Of a stretch of DNA of 53,047 bases, positions 25,999 through 39,217 are shown piece by piece. The stretch is taken from the NCBI GenBank assembly GCA_000934665.2, contig KZ538696.1:1-53047 (forward strand), read 5' to 3'. Numbering within the stretch: position 1 is the stretch's first letter; every line of letters starts with the position of its first letter. The translations under genes and the position numbers were made by a program. This DNA is from Catajapyx aquilonaris (lineage: Eukaryota). The notes beneath the pieces are model-generated. The model worked only from the letters and a program-made list of their open reading frames with translations. It had not been told where the DNA came from and made no database searches.

Positions 25999-27339
25999 TA
26001 CTTTACTCTTTGGTACTCCTTGGTACTTCTTGGATTTGGTACTCTAGTGTACACTTTACAGTCCAGTGGTTAACCCCTTGAAATTCAAGGAGTACCAAGG
26101 AGTACTTGGGAGTACCAAAGAGTACCTGGGAGTACCAAGGAGTACCACTGCAGGTGTACACCGGAGTACCGAAGTGCCCCCATTGAATGTAGCACATGTT
26201 TACTTATATTAGATTCTGAAATTGGCGAATATCGTCAATTATTTTATATGCCAAGGCAAAGACTGCGGAGTCCTATGAAGCCTGTAGTATGTCTTCGCTA
26301 AATCTTCGAATGATTTATGGTCCCGGAATTACACGGGAAATTGTCCCCGCGTCATGACCTGCATAGTTTGTCGATTCTCTCCTCGTCTGCAACTTGATCA
26401 CGAAGACCGCCACTATCTCTGGGTTATGACACTGCGTATACGTCACCCAATCCCTGGCACTTGGATAGCAAAATGCAAAATCGGTTATGTGACATCCTGG
26501 CAACATCTACTGTCACGCGAATGTTCCTTCAAGACCTTCTGACTAGTTCACAATACAAATGCACGTGTACCATTTTTACGCTGAAATAGACATCATTAAT
26601 GAGCCGATTTTTATGCTACAAATTAGAATGTAGCAAATCACCAAGGTCACTTGTGACACTTTTCATTTTCAAAGCGAACGAGTATTATAAGTTGTGTGTT
26701 TTATTTCTGATGATCACTCATCCTGCGTCGTCAACACTGGCTAATAATAGCAACTAAGTGGTAGTATAGTCATGAGGGTCAACTGTAACAAAGTGTTTAT
26801 TTTAAGAAACGCTTGGAAGAGGTGTACATGTCTTCTGGGTCTTAGGTTCCCTTCAAATTTATGAGACGGAAAGCTTTAGCTTATTTGGTCGGTATTGGCT
26901 GTTTCACAGAAACTACTGACCCTAGTAGCGGAAGTACCTTACTCATGGGGTAACTTGTCCACGCTTAACATTTTAGAGACGTTACCATGGTAGTTACCCC
27001 TGGGACAATTTAGCTCCTTTGTCCATGCTAGGGACTAATTCGGTACGTTATTTCCGACAATGTGACATTAAATTTTTGGGCAGCAACTACAGTATTTTTA
27101 ACCAAAGTGTTCTAGAACTCAGAATAGATAATCACAATTAACATGTTGTAAAGCTACCAATGTTTTCCGTGTAAATTAGGAATAATAATGTCACAATAAC
27201 TTGCAGTAGCAGCATTCCGCGTTGGCACATCTTAAAGAATTTTTTAAATGTCAAATGAATCCAAGTAACAAATCGATAAAGGATGCTCCAAGGGATGCTC
27301 CAACTAGGAAGGACCACTGAGATTTACAAAAGTCCTGCT

Positions 27340-27959
27340 TATGTGAAAGCCTCGGTGGAAGAACGATCAAGGTCCACCTCGGGTGAAACTGAGAAATATT
27401 CCAATTTCAAATTTCGAAGGTCCAGGTGAGGTGTGGTGGCCCAGATGGTAACGTCTCGGCTTGCTGAGTGAAAGGTCCCAGGTTTGATCCCCGCCTGGGA
27501 GCTCCCTTTCACCTGCGTCGGGAGGGTGTCTGGCAACCTAACCTCCTGGGGGGCTGCACATGACCCAGTTTGAGATATTGCACCTGGACCTCTGTCCCCT
27601 CCCCAAAAATTCATATTTTCCTTCCCCATCGATATCCCTTTCTCCCTTGTATTGTGTGAAGAAAATTACAGAAAATGTGAGTTGTAAAATGGTGGTATTC
27701 CACCCCCCTAATGGAGCGCCGATTCTCCCAATGGGGTAAAAATAAAATAGATAATTCTAATTAAAATAAAATCCGGAAGGTCCATAAAGTTATATTGTAA
27801 ATCCCACTTTCGGGGCCTTCCATAGTGACCTATGATCATTACTCCACAACCACGACCAAACCACCATATTCTACGCTAGTGAAACTATCTTCTGAGATAT
27901 ATAACTTATTTTTGACAAAAAGTGGACCTTGATCATTCTTCCCCCGAGGTCTTCATTTA
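27340..27959. mobile_element. MITE-like element interrupted by a SINE
   Basis: Imperfect inverted repeat TGAAAGCCTCGGTGGAAGAACGATCAAGGTCCAC / GTGGACCTTGATCATTCTTCCCCCGAGGTCTTCA. Confidence 0.65.
27425..27775 (+). mobile_element. tRNA-derived SINE family B
   Basis: A/B-box-like head GGTGGCCCAGATGG...GGTTTGATCCCC, A-rich tail, TSD GAAGGTCCA (27416-27424, 27776-27784). Confidence 0.88.
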
Positions 27960-28489
27960 GCTTCTTTTCTGTTACCATAAAGTATTCGGTTACTTGCACG
28001 TCTACTGAAAAGCAGTTAAACGAATAAATAAGCAGTTGGACCACCCTGAATAGACGGAATATGACAATTGACTCTAGTTAGAGTAATTGCCCCCAGTCGC
28101 TCTCAGAACAAAAGTTCTCATAAAAGATACACCAGACGTGTATTGTACAGTCACATGGGTCCAATGTGTTGCAAGGTTAGCACTTCCCTTAAAAGGATTG
28201 GGATAAAACTGCAGAAAACTTGGTGATCCTAAAAGGTACCGGTATTTACAGATATTTACTGAAAATATAGTAATGTAGCTGGGAATCTCTACATTGTGTA
28301 GTCCAAAATGCAAGGTCGTGTTGCCAGAAGGAAGTTTTTAAACCTTATCAGAGAACGAGGACCTACAGTATATACATTCAGTTTGGCTGACCTTTTGGTT
28401 TTGGTTTATTGCCAAGCATACAGTTACATTATGAGTTATGGTAAATTTATTCAAGTTGCATCATATATAATTCGATATAATTATTATAG

Positions 28490-28688
28490 TGTCACAGTTA
28501 GAAACACTGCTGGGCCTCGTCCGCCTTCCTCTCTTCCCCATCCACCTGAGGGCCACTTGGGGAAGGAGGTGTTTGAAGGACCTTTGGGCTGCATAGTTCA
28601 ACAATAAATCTGTGTTAGTGTACGCCGAGACTATTACAAGATTGGTTCTGTGTGAGCCGGGTACCCACGAGGTCCTGTCCACCTGACA
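28490..28688 (+). mobile_element. Candidate solo LTR
   Basis: TGTCA...TGACA termini, internal AATAAA near 28603, GC-rich in AT-rich flanks, near-TSD ATAG/GTAG. Confidence 0.5.
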
Positions 28689-29639
28689 GTAGGAAAACAT
28701 CCCTCTCCACAAATCAGTCCATCTCCAGCCATTCTTAATTATTTGACAACGACTACCTCATTTCACTTCTCTTTCCATGCTTATCTGTTACAATCTTACA
28801 TCTAATATAATGATCGGGTTGTAAATATCAATATTCCATTATCCTAGTGATTCCATAAATCTAATATTATATTTCTTTTTTATATTTCACTCTCCAATTT
28901 TATTCATGGGAATTTGAAGCCCGAATAAACAATGTAGGGGAAACCGGGGGACAGTTTTAAAAATATAAGAAACCGGAATAATGTCTTCATCTGGTACCTC
29001 GTGAAACATGTCACTATTGTGCTTCTTGCCAATATGACAGCCACCTGTGAGATGCCTGCGATCCTGCTGTATCAGGGGAAATCTATTTGAAGGGCAGCGA
29101 AGTAACTTCTAACCCACAGTTTAAATGCCATGTCAAGCGTAGATGCTGCTGGGCATGACCTGGATGTAAAAATGTTGTTGAATATGTCATCCTTTGTCCA
29201 TAAATACTGGAAATTTGGAAAGCGTCATTTGCAATGGAAGCTACGATTCATAACATCATGTCAGTTGCTGCCTTCTGGGATACAGTGGTCCATGGACCAG
29301 TGAGCACCTTTTTGTGGACGACCGTTTTGCCTCTGTACAGTACGTTGTCATGAAGTGCCCTAGAATGGCTCTAAAATAGCGCCTCTTGTACACGCAACTT
29401 CAAACAGTTTATTGGGCGACAGGAGACAGAAAACATTCGCTAACTGCGAGCACTCGTCAAGTGAATTCCTTGCCAACAATTATGGTTAATTTTAATTCAG
29501 AATCATAACAAAAATAAGCCAAATTGCTACTACCGTATGCATAGGCATAAGATAAACTAGTTATGTGTAACACCACTTGGGCATGTTGTCAAAGAAGGCT
29601 GCTCAGTGCTCATTGTTCCATATCACTTTTATTTATTTG

Positions 29640-29933
29640 CTAGCTGCGGCACCCGGAGTTGCCCGGGAAATGAAGGGAAAACACCTGCCAGTACCCCCCG
29701 TCAACTGTCTGTCTTTCTGTGTGTCCGCCAACCAATGCCATCTGTGGTCCTGCTACCCCGACACCTTCAACCTCTCCCGCCTGTATAACGGCAACCGTCA
29801 TTTGCCTGCCATCTGTATTCAACCCCCAACACCTCCATCCTCTCCCGGCCTGGGGGTGGAGCACAGATGGCCGGCAAATGACGGTTGGCAGGCGGACAGA
29901 CAGACAGACTCACAAACGGCTTTATTTATAAGA
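29640..29933 (-). mobile_element. Non-autonomous Helitron, copy 3
   Basis: TC...CTAG termini, (GTCT)n, 3' GC hairpin; same body as copies 1 and 2. Confidence 0.85.
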
Positions 29934-30314
29934 TTTTAAATTTCAATCTCTCTTGCAGCTTTTGTCTCCTTGAGGCATTCCATTTTTGTCCAAACCGTGT
30001 CTATTGAGTTTAAGTTACGGATATTGGGAGACCACGTATGGATATCGTTGTCCTCCAGACACTTTTTGGTTGTCCTTGCTGTATAGCAAGCAGTTCCATC
30101 AACAGGAGCAATTTGACTGCCACCGTAGGGCCAAAATGCCCCTCTATACAGTACAAATAGACAACGTCATAACATCATATTTATGCACATTTTAGTTGCC
30201 CTTTTCCATATTTCAACTGGGCACATTTATAGGGCCAGCGATTTATTCTGGGTTAGGGCAAGTATAACTAGATCATCGTTCTGTCTGTATGCAAGAGAAA
30301 GACGTCGATAGATA

Positions 30315-30373
30315 CAAGTACTGGTAGTTGACATGTTGACATGTCAAGTACTGGTAGTTGACATGTTGACATG
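30315..30373. repeat. 30-bp tandem duplication
   Basis: CAAGTACTGGTAGTTGACATGTTGACATG(T) twice. Confidence 0.9.
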
Positions 30374-31480
30374 GTGAAAGGTGCACATTTTGCGAGTGCA
30401 ATTAATTGCTGAGTGCGATTTAGCCCATGGTATTAGGGTCTCGTCATCTAGTGAGTCAGGGCTTGGGTTGAATTGACGGTAGTGGAACTATGATGGCAGT
30501 AGGGATATGTGAGAATGATATTTTTTACATAACGATTTTTTAGGTCGAGTTGCACCAACGAAAGTAGATCTTCGAGAGAAGTAGGTGTATTATTGTTATA
30601 TGAGGACAACAGTAATCTTAACAGTTAATAAGGAGAGCGACTCCTCGGTCCACAATCTTGTCTCATTGATACAACAGCCTTATAAAAAATATGAGATGGT
30701 GAAAGTTGGGTGAAAGAAATCCATCCTTTCGTCTCACTTTTTGTTATGCAATCCAAGAATATAGAGCAAAGTCAATTATGAAGGTTTGTCGCTGGATTTT
30801 TTTTTGCACTTGACTCCCAGGACATTACATGAAATGAAAAATCTTTTGGAAGAAAAACCATGCCCTACGGAAATCCACCATATGCATACCAAGCAACCAA
30901 ATCCAGCCGTGTGTTCCATTCAAGTGCCCGTTGCGGTTTTCAATATTTTTCACAAGCGAATTATTTTTAGCAGTGTTTTATAATAGCTACTTTTAGACGT
31001 TATCAAAAAATATTGGCTGCTAATGTTAGTGTGTGGAACCATTAGTTTTCAAGTCTGCAAAAGGAAAGTTATTTCACCAACCATTCACATTTGATATTTA
31101 TTTATTCAATTTCTGGCATGCGGTTCTGAATTTGTGCACATTATTATGCCCTAGAAAGGTTTAAAAGCCTGATAACATCATTTTACAATCTGCACAATAG
31201 AAGTATGCAGGAGGTGGGAATCGCGACATTTTTTTATCTGTCGGTTTCCTTGGATGAACTGATTCGGCCTTAATCCCGAGAACATTAAATATGCATTAGA
31301 ATCCTACTCAAGTTTTGGCATGCCTCACTTAACGATCCGCACAATGGTAATGGTAAAAGTTTGCGTGTGGGGCGACACCAGTATTTTTGAACTCTCATGT
31401 TAGCTAATACAGTGAACCACCCCAGTGCAACTCCGTTTTTTTCATATAGGTTTCCCCCTCCGACCCCCGTGACTTTCGAG

Positions 31481-31660
31481 CACCCTTCGGACACTACCTC
31501 TACGTTCTTATCTTATCTACTGCCGGGGCGTTTTGCATGAGGTGCTCACCTGAGAGCGCCATGAGACCTTTCACGGAGCAATCATGTGGCGACCCTACCG
31601 GACCGCGCTGAACTTTATAGGTACAAAAGGGAATCGCTACATTGGAGGACCCAACATGGA
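31481..31660. mobile_element. Single arm of palindromic MITE family Y (see 47330-48640)
   Basis: TGCCGGGGCGTTTTGCATGAGGTGCTCACCTGAGAGCGCCATGAGACC shared with the 47.4-48.6 kb copies. Confidence 0.8.
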
Positions 31661-32380
31661 AGGCAACAGAAGGGGAGTCTATACTCTATAGTGTCTATAC
31701 CTTGTAAGATGCAGGATATACAGTGTCGAAGTATTTCTGATCCAATAACAGTCTCCAAAACTCTTTTCCGAGAGCCGCTTGAGAGAGCTGAAGTTGTGCC
31801 GTCAGTGTCACCTCCCTGCGGCTGGAATTGGCGGAAATTGGAATCTTACTACTATTCCCCCTTCCATTCACAGATATGGCGGACTCTTTACTTAGTTAGA
31901 AACTGGTTAACTGCGTTCTAACCCCTGGTGGATTCCCGATTGGAATTGGACCCACGCGGCGGGTAGTAGTCAGATGAGTGACCAAGTACATTGCTGCCAT
32001 CGGCTAGTAAGGCGACTACCCTCGAGGAGCATGGTTTCAACCACGAATAAGTGGTGAAATGCTCGCTTAAATAAAAAATTTATGTGGTCTTTATCACTAA
32101 AAAAATGTATTGCCAATGAATGGTGCTATGAATGCGGAGTTTCTGAGAAAATATCAAACAACTGCAGAGATCTCTTGTCACCGGCTGGGAACAATTCACA
32201 AAGGAGCATTATTTATTATGTATGTTGTTAGTCTCAGTTCAGTGGATGTTACTTTTTTTTTCCTTTTGTCTCAGAGGCGAAATGCATAAGTAATATAGCC
32301 CTATTCTATCTGTTCGCCTTGAAATCGATTTATGTCACACTTTTACATGATGCTATGGCTCAAACTTCCTGTTCAAATAA

Positions 32381-33655
32381 CACTATGCAACATGATATTA
32401 TCTTGTCAATGGAAATTCATCACTATTTTCATGTTACTTACGTCACTCATAATGGTCATTCATTTTGTCTGTAATTTCTTTTTGACCTCGGGGCAGTCAA
32501 AATAGCAAAATCCTCAGTATGTAGGAGTTATACCTAATCAAGTGGGCCGAAATGGTGCTAGACCATCTTGGATTTTGCTAAAGAAAATTACGGCTGTAGG
32601 CTACACACCTATGCCATAACTCTGCATATCAAGTTTGCGACAAATTGCGCAATACCGTGGGGAGGGAAAAAAATCGCTGAATTTTGGAAATGAGGCTTTT
32701 TTTGGATCATTTTTTTCGGTTAGTGGAAGTGGTCAAAACCCAATCAACATACCGGTATACGAGATATAGTACAACAAATTAAAGAGAAACACAAGGGGAA
32801 TGCACCTGTGAAATTTGTTTTCCACTAAAATGTAACCGGAAAACGTGTGTGGCATTCCATCGGTCGCATGCCGAAAAATTTGGGTCCTTGAAAATTAATA
32901 GTAGGCCTATATCTGTAAAACATATCTATTATTTTCTCGCGAGCTACGCATGAGCCGAAACTGAACATATATTAAATATTGTATGGGTCACAACTCATGT
33001 CACCAATTGCTGCGGTTACGCAAATACATCACTAATTGTTGGGGTCTAAATACGTGGACATGTGACTGCGCATGTGACCTATGGAATGCCACACATGTTT
33101 TTATGGGTGCATTTTAGAAGAAAACCAATTCATAGGCGCATTCTCCTCGCGTTTCTCTTTCATTTGATGTATATGTTGATTGGGTTTTGACCACTTCCCA
33201 AGGGGTTAGCAACTCCCTGGAACCGGTGTACACACTGGCCAAGGAACCGGCCTGGAACCAGATGGAACCGGCTTGGAACCACCCGGTGCCAGGATCTGGT
33301 GTACACTTTTTTGGGGAGTTGCTAACCCCTTGTCACTTCGACCCAACAAAATTCTCCAAAAAATGCCTCATTTCCAAAATTCCGCAATTTTTTCAATCCC
33401 CACGGTGTTGCGCAATTTGGCGGAAACGTGATATGCAGAGTTATGCTGCGATTTTTTCCAGCAATATCCGATATGGTCTAGCAGCATTTCGGCCAACTAC
33501 ATTTTGAGGATTTTGGTTTTTTGACTGCCCCTAGGTCAAAAACAAATTTCAGACAAAATGAATGAGCATTATGAGTTACGAGTGACCTAAGGAACATGGA
33601 AATAGCAATGAATTGCTATGGACAGAAAAAAATTTGATTTTTGTTGCATATAGTG
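32381..33655. mobile_element. Old CACTA-ended long-TIR foldback element (CMC-like)
   Basis: CACTATGCAAC...GTTGCATATAGTG termini; about 490-bp diverged inverted arms; another left-end fragment follows near 33668. Confidence 0.8.
33199..33332. mobile_element. hAT-type MITE (CAAGGGGTTA family, related to 24005-26080)
   Basis: TIR CAAGGGGTTAGCAACTCCC; degenerate 8-bp TSD CCACTTCC/TCACTTCG; internal GGAACC repeats; absent from the opposite arm of its host. Confidence 0.85.
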
Positions 33656-36451
33656 TAGTAATAATTACACTATGTAACAAAAATCAATTTTTTTCCTGTT
33701 TTTCAATTATTGAAGTCCAGTATAGGTATACCGGAAAATGATATTCCCTGGAATAACACCCTAACAAGAGAGAATGTATAGAGATCGAATCCAGTATCTG
33801 GTCTGGAATATGCTTACGTGACTGTCAATTGTCCGTTGAACTGAGAGCGCTGCCACACCGGAACTACTGCTTCTCATATAAACAATTGAGTCCCGTATCC
33901 AGCGTTAGCTATCGTTCCTTCCCATACAAATCTGTGTTTATCGTCACCCGATCGGAAACGCACCGCTGCTTTTAGGCTCCGAAAGGCTATACCGCTAAAT
34001 CCCAACCGAAACTCGCACGATGCAGCCTGGTCCTAGTGACTTATCCCTAAGCTTGTGTCCACTGTTGAACGATAAAGTCAATTAATTTGGCAAAAATAAT
34101 TGTTAATTGGGAAACATGTATATCAGTCTCGTAATTACATGGCAGAACTCGTACGAGAAGATTGGGTACTGGCGACGATCCAAAATGATCTGACCTTCAT
34201 GTACATGGCTACATCAGTACCGGATGACAAGCCGGAAATGTGGAATGATGTAGGGTTGCTTAAGTGCATAATTAAATTCGTCACCTCTAATGAACAATAA
34301 GTAGTAGCAGGCAATATACTTAAAAGCTGGGTACAGAAGCACAGCAACAGTGTGGCATGCTTGTCGACAGAGATGGCCAAATGGATGTGGGAAGTCACTT
34401 CTTATTGGATAGAAGATTGAGTTACGTATATGGAGCTTTGGCTGTCAGTCCTGGAGGATCAACCAGAAACAAATCGTCGCAAATCCTTTTTGTGATACGA
34501 GGTCTACTAAAATACTAAAATAGGAGACATAAATTATCAAAAATTAATTGCACTCGACCAATGCTACAAAAATTGCAATTTTGGTCGAGCGAGATATCTT
34601 GAACAATATGCAGGGTGGTTATAAAATGTGATATCAGCACAGGCATATAACGCCATTTTATGCCGAAAAGTCCTGCAGCATTTGGACTTTAAAATTATAG
34701 CCAACAGTAAGCCCCCTACAGGCCTGCTGGAGTTTGGGCAAAACTACATTTAATTGTCGATTCTGGTCAGCAGTGATTTGTCCAAATGTGATGTCCAGTA
34801 AGGACTGAGAAAAATGCTTCACAAGTCTAGTTTGACATGATTAAATATCAGTGTACCTAATCGTACGAATAAATGCAGATCAGAATGTTCAGTGTCACTC
34901 GTTTAGTACAAATTAAAAGACCGTAAAAGAAAGGCAATTTGGAACGTGTGTATTTCGCGTAACAGTGGCACGTTGAAATCACCGTTATTTATGCCTTTAT
35001 TGTCTGTAATTTGTACTAAACAAGTAGTACTGAACATTCTGATCTTCATTATGTGTACGAATAGGGCATATACTGACACATAAAAACACGTCAGACTTTG
35101 CTGGACCACAAGTTTGGGCAACTGACCAAAATCGCTATTTTGCGCTTCGCCCGATCTTTAAATACAATAGCTGCCATTTCATCAAAAATTTCCGAACTAA
35201 AGAGTACTATTCACGTATAATTATTGTAGTGAATAGCCAAGCAAATATGAATCAATTTCTTATCTAATTTCAATAAACTCGCACAAAATTTACTTCGAGT
35301 AAATGATGCGAAAGATTTCACAATATTTTCAAATGTAGTAGACTACAACGTAATCAAAGATGCACAATGCATTCGGCCTATAATTGCATGCGTAGTAACT
35401 ATGTTTTAAACAAGACGACGTCGCGTCACGTCTTTCTTCAAAAAAATTGTCTACCAACAGCGAACAAAAAAGAGCGCAATAAGCATTTTGTTACAGGGTC
35501 ACGATTCAGTGAAACCCCCTGCATTGACCAAAAAAAACAAAACTAAAAGAGCTCTATTACGTGTAATAGCGTTTCTTTTCGTTGGAAAGAAGGGTTCGAT
35601 AGTGGCGCCGGAGCTATATCTCCTCCTTTCAAGACGCTCCTACAACCTATACAATGGGGCATGTAAATTGATTCCATATTTTCAGCTGTCCATATGATTT
35701 CTGTCCCATATCGAAAGTTCTGTCCACCCAACTTTATATTCAAATCACTTGCTAGTATTACAATTTCTTTCTGCATTTTCTGAATCGCTGTTATAAGCGA
35801 CCGTGTACTATTTGATCACGGAACATTTCCGACCTGAAAGTTATCGACCGCTAAAACTTACTCTTCATCGCAATTTCGCCGAGTTTGATAACAGGTTATG
35901 AGTAATTGCTCCTAATTCTAATTACACCTTCCCCCCATCCCCTTTATCCCTAACGCCTTCTTTACTCAGTACCACCCCCCCACCCGCAACAAGCTTTCAA
36001 TCCCTCAGTATGCAAGCTACATGCAAATGAGCACTCTAGGCTCCCATTTTGTCAACTAAAAAACTTGTAATGAAATAGTAAGCCACCGTATCAGGCTGCA
36101 TTAGCCCTATGACGTCAAGTCTCCCCCNTGATTCGGCAGGCTATGGCCCTCCAATGTCCTTGGAGGAAACTTTTGGCACACTCCAACTGAATAGAGTGGT
36201 CCTCTCTATTTTTTTTTTTGTTGTTCATCTTACTCTTCGCTATTTTCTTTTCTAGTCTCATCGCGTGTTCAGCATAAGCCTAAAGTAGACTGAACGTGAT
36301 CAAACGACGACCTGACTGGCTTCAAGGATCTACTTCTTAAAGGGGTTGGGCGGCGACTCATTCCATCGCTATTATCGTCATTTTGCGATATCGTCAGGCT
36401 CGTTTTCCGCTACTGGTCATTAGATAGAAAGGGTTGCTGAGGGGTACTCAC

Positions 36452-36538
36452 CTTGACAGTCTTCAGAATAGGATCGTACTCCTTTTCTTCAGCTCTACTG
36501 TGAAGTGATTTTGAGTCGATATGGACGTTCGTCTGCAT
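36452..36538 (-). CDS. Putative coding exon segment (MQTNVHIDSKSLHSRAEEKEYDPILKTVK); exon 36452-36576
   Basis: Strong acceptor (T-tract then CTTTCAG|) at 36577, GACATG start, 29 open codons, consensus phase-0 donor AAG|GTGAGT. Confidence 0.65.
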
Positions 36539-38398
36539 GTCTAAGACTGCTGAATTCACACAAGAGAAGTTCCTGGCTGAAAGAAAAAAAAGTGAGGAGA
36601 TAGAATATTCAAGTAACTTAGAAGCGCTCCCAACTCCTCTAACAACTCTCGCTCAAGCAAATCGTGTAAACGACAGGTATTCCTAAAAGGTCCTGGCGGC
36701 TTTTCGTATTCATTTCATTCTAGAGAATGCCTCTGGAAAAAAAAACAGCTTTTTGTTGTTGTTGTTGTTGTTGTTTAGGCACTCCAATCGACTCTCGGTT
36801 CGTAACTAGATATTCCTCTAAAAGTCTCAAAGCATCAAACACATGGTGGAGGAAATTTTTTGGGGGGGATGGCGCTAAGAATTTACCTGAATGGACATCT
36901 AATATAACAATAAAATGGTGAAGTGTAGGAGTAAGGGTTACCTGGGGAAGTGAAAAAAAAAATGTAGGAGAAAAAAAAAAGGAAGGTCTGGATCAATCCT
37001 TTGCACGGCTGGCCGACCTGATGCGCTGTATTCCAAATCTGCCAAAAACGTGACCGCCCAACCTTACAGGCTTTTCTCTGCCCATTTCATTTGGAGGCTT
37101 TTCTCCTCCGGATCCCTACATTCTCATTGCCTATACGGTACCGAAAATTTCGTGTGGCCAAAGGCTGTCGTGCTGCCAATTTCGGTCACGAACATAATTG
37201 CATTTTTGGAGATGGGTAGATGGGATTAGAACACCTATACTTCTAATCACGCTGTCATGTTATCTACACTTGGCAAGTTCCGAGCTTGAAATGAGTTGTA
37301 AATATACCGCAGATATCAGAAATATTGAATTGAAATGTGAACAGTCTCTTAACTTTTATTGGAATTTAAATTTTAAAAATTCATTTAGCAGCATCATTTT
37401 AAACACCTGATTGCAATTACTCGTAATCATTTTTGGAATAACGAAGAAGATTTGGTCCTACTCATGATTTTACAAACCAGTGTTTGACCTAATGACACGA
37501 CAGAATGTCGACGGACTATCGCGAGCAAAATAATGGAGACGACTGTTAAACATCGACAGTTCCATGGAATGCCGGTAGGTATCGGTATCAGGATGCTTCT
37601 GTACAGTACCCAAACTGAAAATTTTCTGCAATAAAAAACTAGCACCTTAAGCCTTGTAGAAAAAACTTGACAAATTTTCCTTCCAACAGGTACCCAAAAT
37701 CGTCGCTTTTTACCTTCCCACTAATCCCACTTCTAATTAACACTATCTCTCCCTAAAAAATGTCCCAGATACGCTAGTGGAACCATCATCCTGAAAAGGA
37801 ATAGCATACGGTCCCTTGCATTGTTCCATTCTAGTTCCGGCTAGAAGTAGCCACCACAAAGGCTGAAACTCTCCCACAGCGATGATTTTGCAAGCCACTC
37901 GCATGCCAAATTACCACTATCGAATTTCACTTGCGTCAAAACACCCAATAAGACATCACAAATTCAGTTGACGTTCTAAAGACGTGACAACACTATATTG
38001 CATATATAAAGTTCACCTGTCAAGTTTCGCCCCCACACCTTAAAACCGTCGACTTAATCCATTTAATCGATTTTATTTACCGGTTTAGTACTCCGGAAAT
38101 TCCTTCCTAGAACACCCCCCCCCCCCCCCTAGAAGCGACGAGGAAATGAAAGGACCATTTTTGAAAGTCCACTACTACTAGGAATGCGAACATCCGCTTC
38201 CAACACGTCAATTAAAAGCGCGCCAAATAGTCCCAACGACCATCTGCAAAAATTTTCGCCAACCGCCGCCCGCCTGTTGCTCCTTCCACACACACACACA
38301 CACACACACTAGCAAACTTGAAGTCCTATATCCAAATCACACAAAAACACACGCACTAGACTCAGCCACTAGAAAACAGATATTTATAGTCCATATAC

Positions 38399-38700
38399 CT
38401 TGACTCCCGTCACCAGCAGTCTGAAAATAAATTCACCCGTCCTGCTTGAGGGTAACTAATATTTTTGAGGTTGTCTGGAGCTAGGAAATCTATGATATGA
38501 TAGTGGAGGATGGATAGATAGGGGGGGGGTTTGTCCTCCACTAGTGGAAGCAAAGGAAGAAAAGGCAGGCCGTCGCGAAGAAGGGTATAGATAGACGTTG
38601 AGAGGGGGGGGGGGGGTNCCCAACGAATCAGGTTTGGGACTACAGGGGGGTAGATAGGGGGCGGGAGTAGCAAGAGCCGCGCCTAGCATAGTCTATGTGC
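38399..38700 (-). promoter_or_regulatory. Candidate promoter and untranslated first exon
   Basis: GC-box CCCGCCCCC near 38657-38666 on minus strand, GC-rich tracts, donor AAG|GTAT at 38398. Confidence 0.35.
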
Positions 38701-39217
38701 AGTGTCCCCAATACTGTACCTGTGGTATAGCTATTTCGGAGTGGAGGTCAAATAGTCGGCCGATTAGGAGACAAAAGACTTTAAGGTGGGAAGACTGCCA
38801 ATCAAGTGATTGGGAGATATATAACTTGGGCTAATGCCCACTATTAGACTGAAATGTTGTCAAATGACATATAGGACAGTGCTGTTTTCACTGATCCGGA
38901 TATCTTAGGGTAATCAGGGTTTGAAGTTTTAATTAGGTGGTTCGGATCGGATTGGCCAAACACATTATTGCCTCTGGGCCATTGTAAATATTTGATTTGG
39001 CCAAGAGTATTTGTAGCCTGAGAGAATGGGGCGTTTACGAGCGGTAATTGTCACTACAATTGCTGTCAGCTAGGGTTAAGTACACTAAGGGGATATTAGG
39101 GGCATGGTGGTCTAGTGGCTATGCTACTGGCCAGCCAATAGGGAGGTTCGGGGTTCAAATCCCGTCCCCGTCACCTTCGCTTGGTCCCAATTTTCACCCG
39201 GCATGTCTGGGCTTGTA

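Larger units (their letters stand above)
24005..26080. mobile_element. hAT-type non-autonomous element carrying captured genomic DNA
   Basis: 15-bp TIR CAAGGGGTTAACCAC / GTGGTTAACCCCTTG; perfect 8-bp TSD AAATTCAA (23997-24004, 26081-26088); subterminal short repeats CTATAACC (left) and TACTCCTTGG-like (right). Confidence 0.88.

Noticed and set aside
34100..34420. Possible decayed RTE-type LINE 3' coding region
   Set aside because: Only faint resemblance (HACRQ...KW.WEV) across stops and frameshifts
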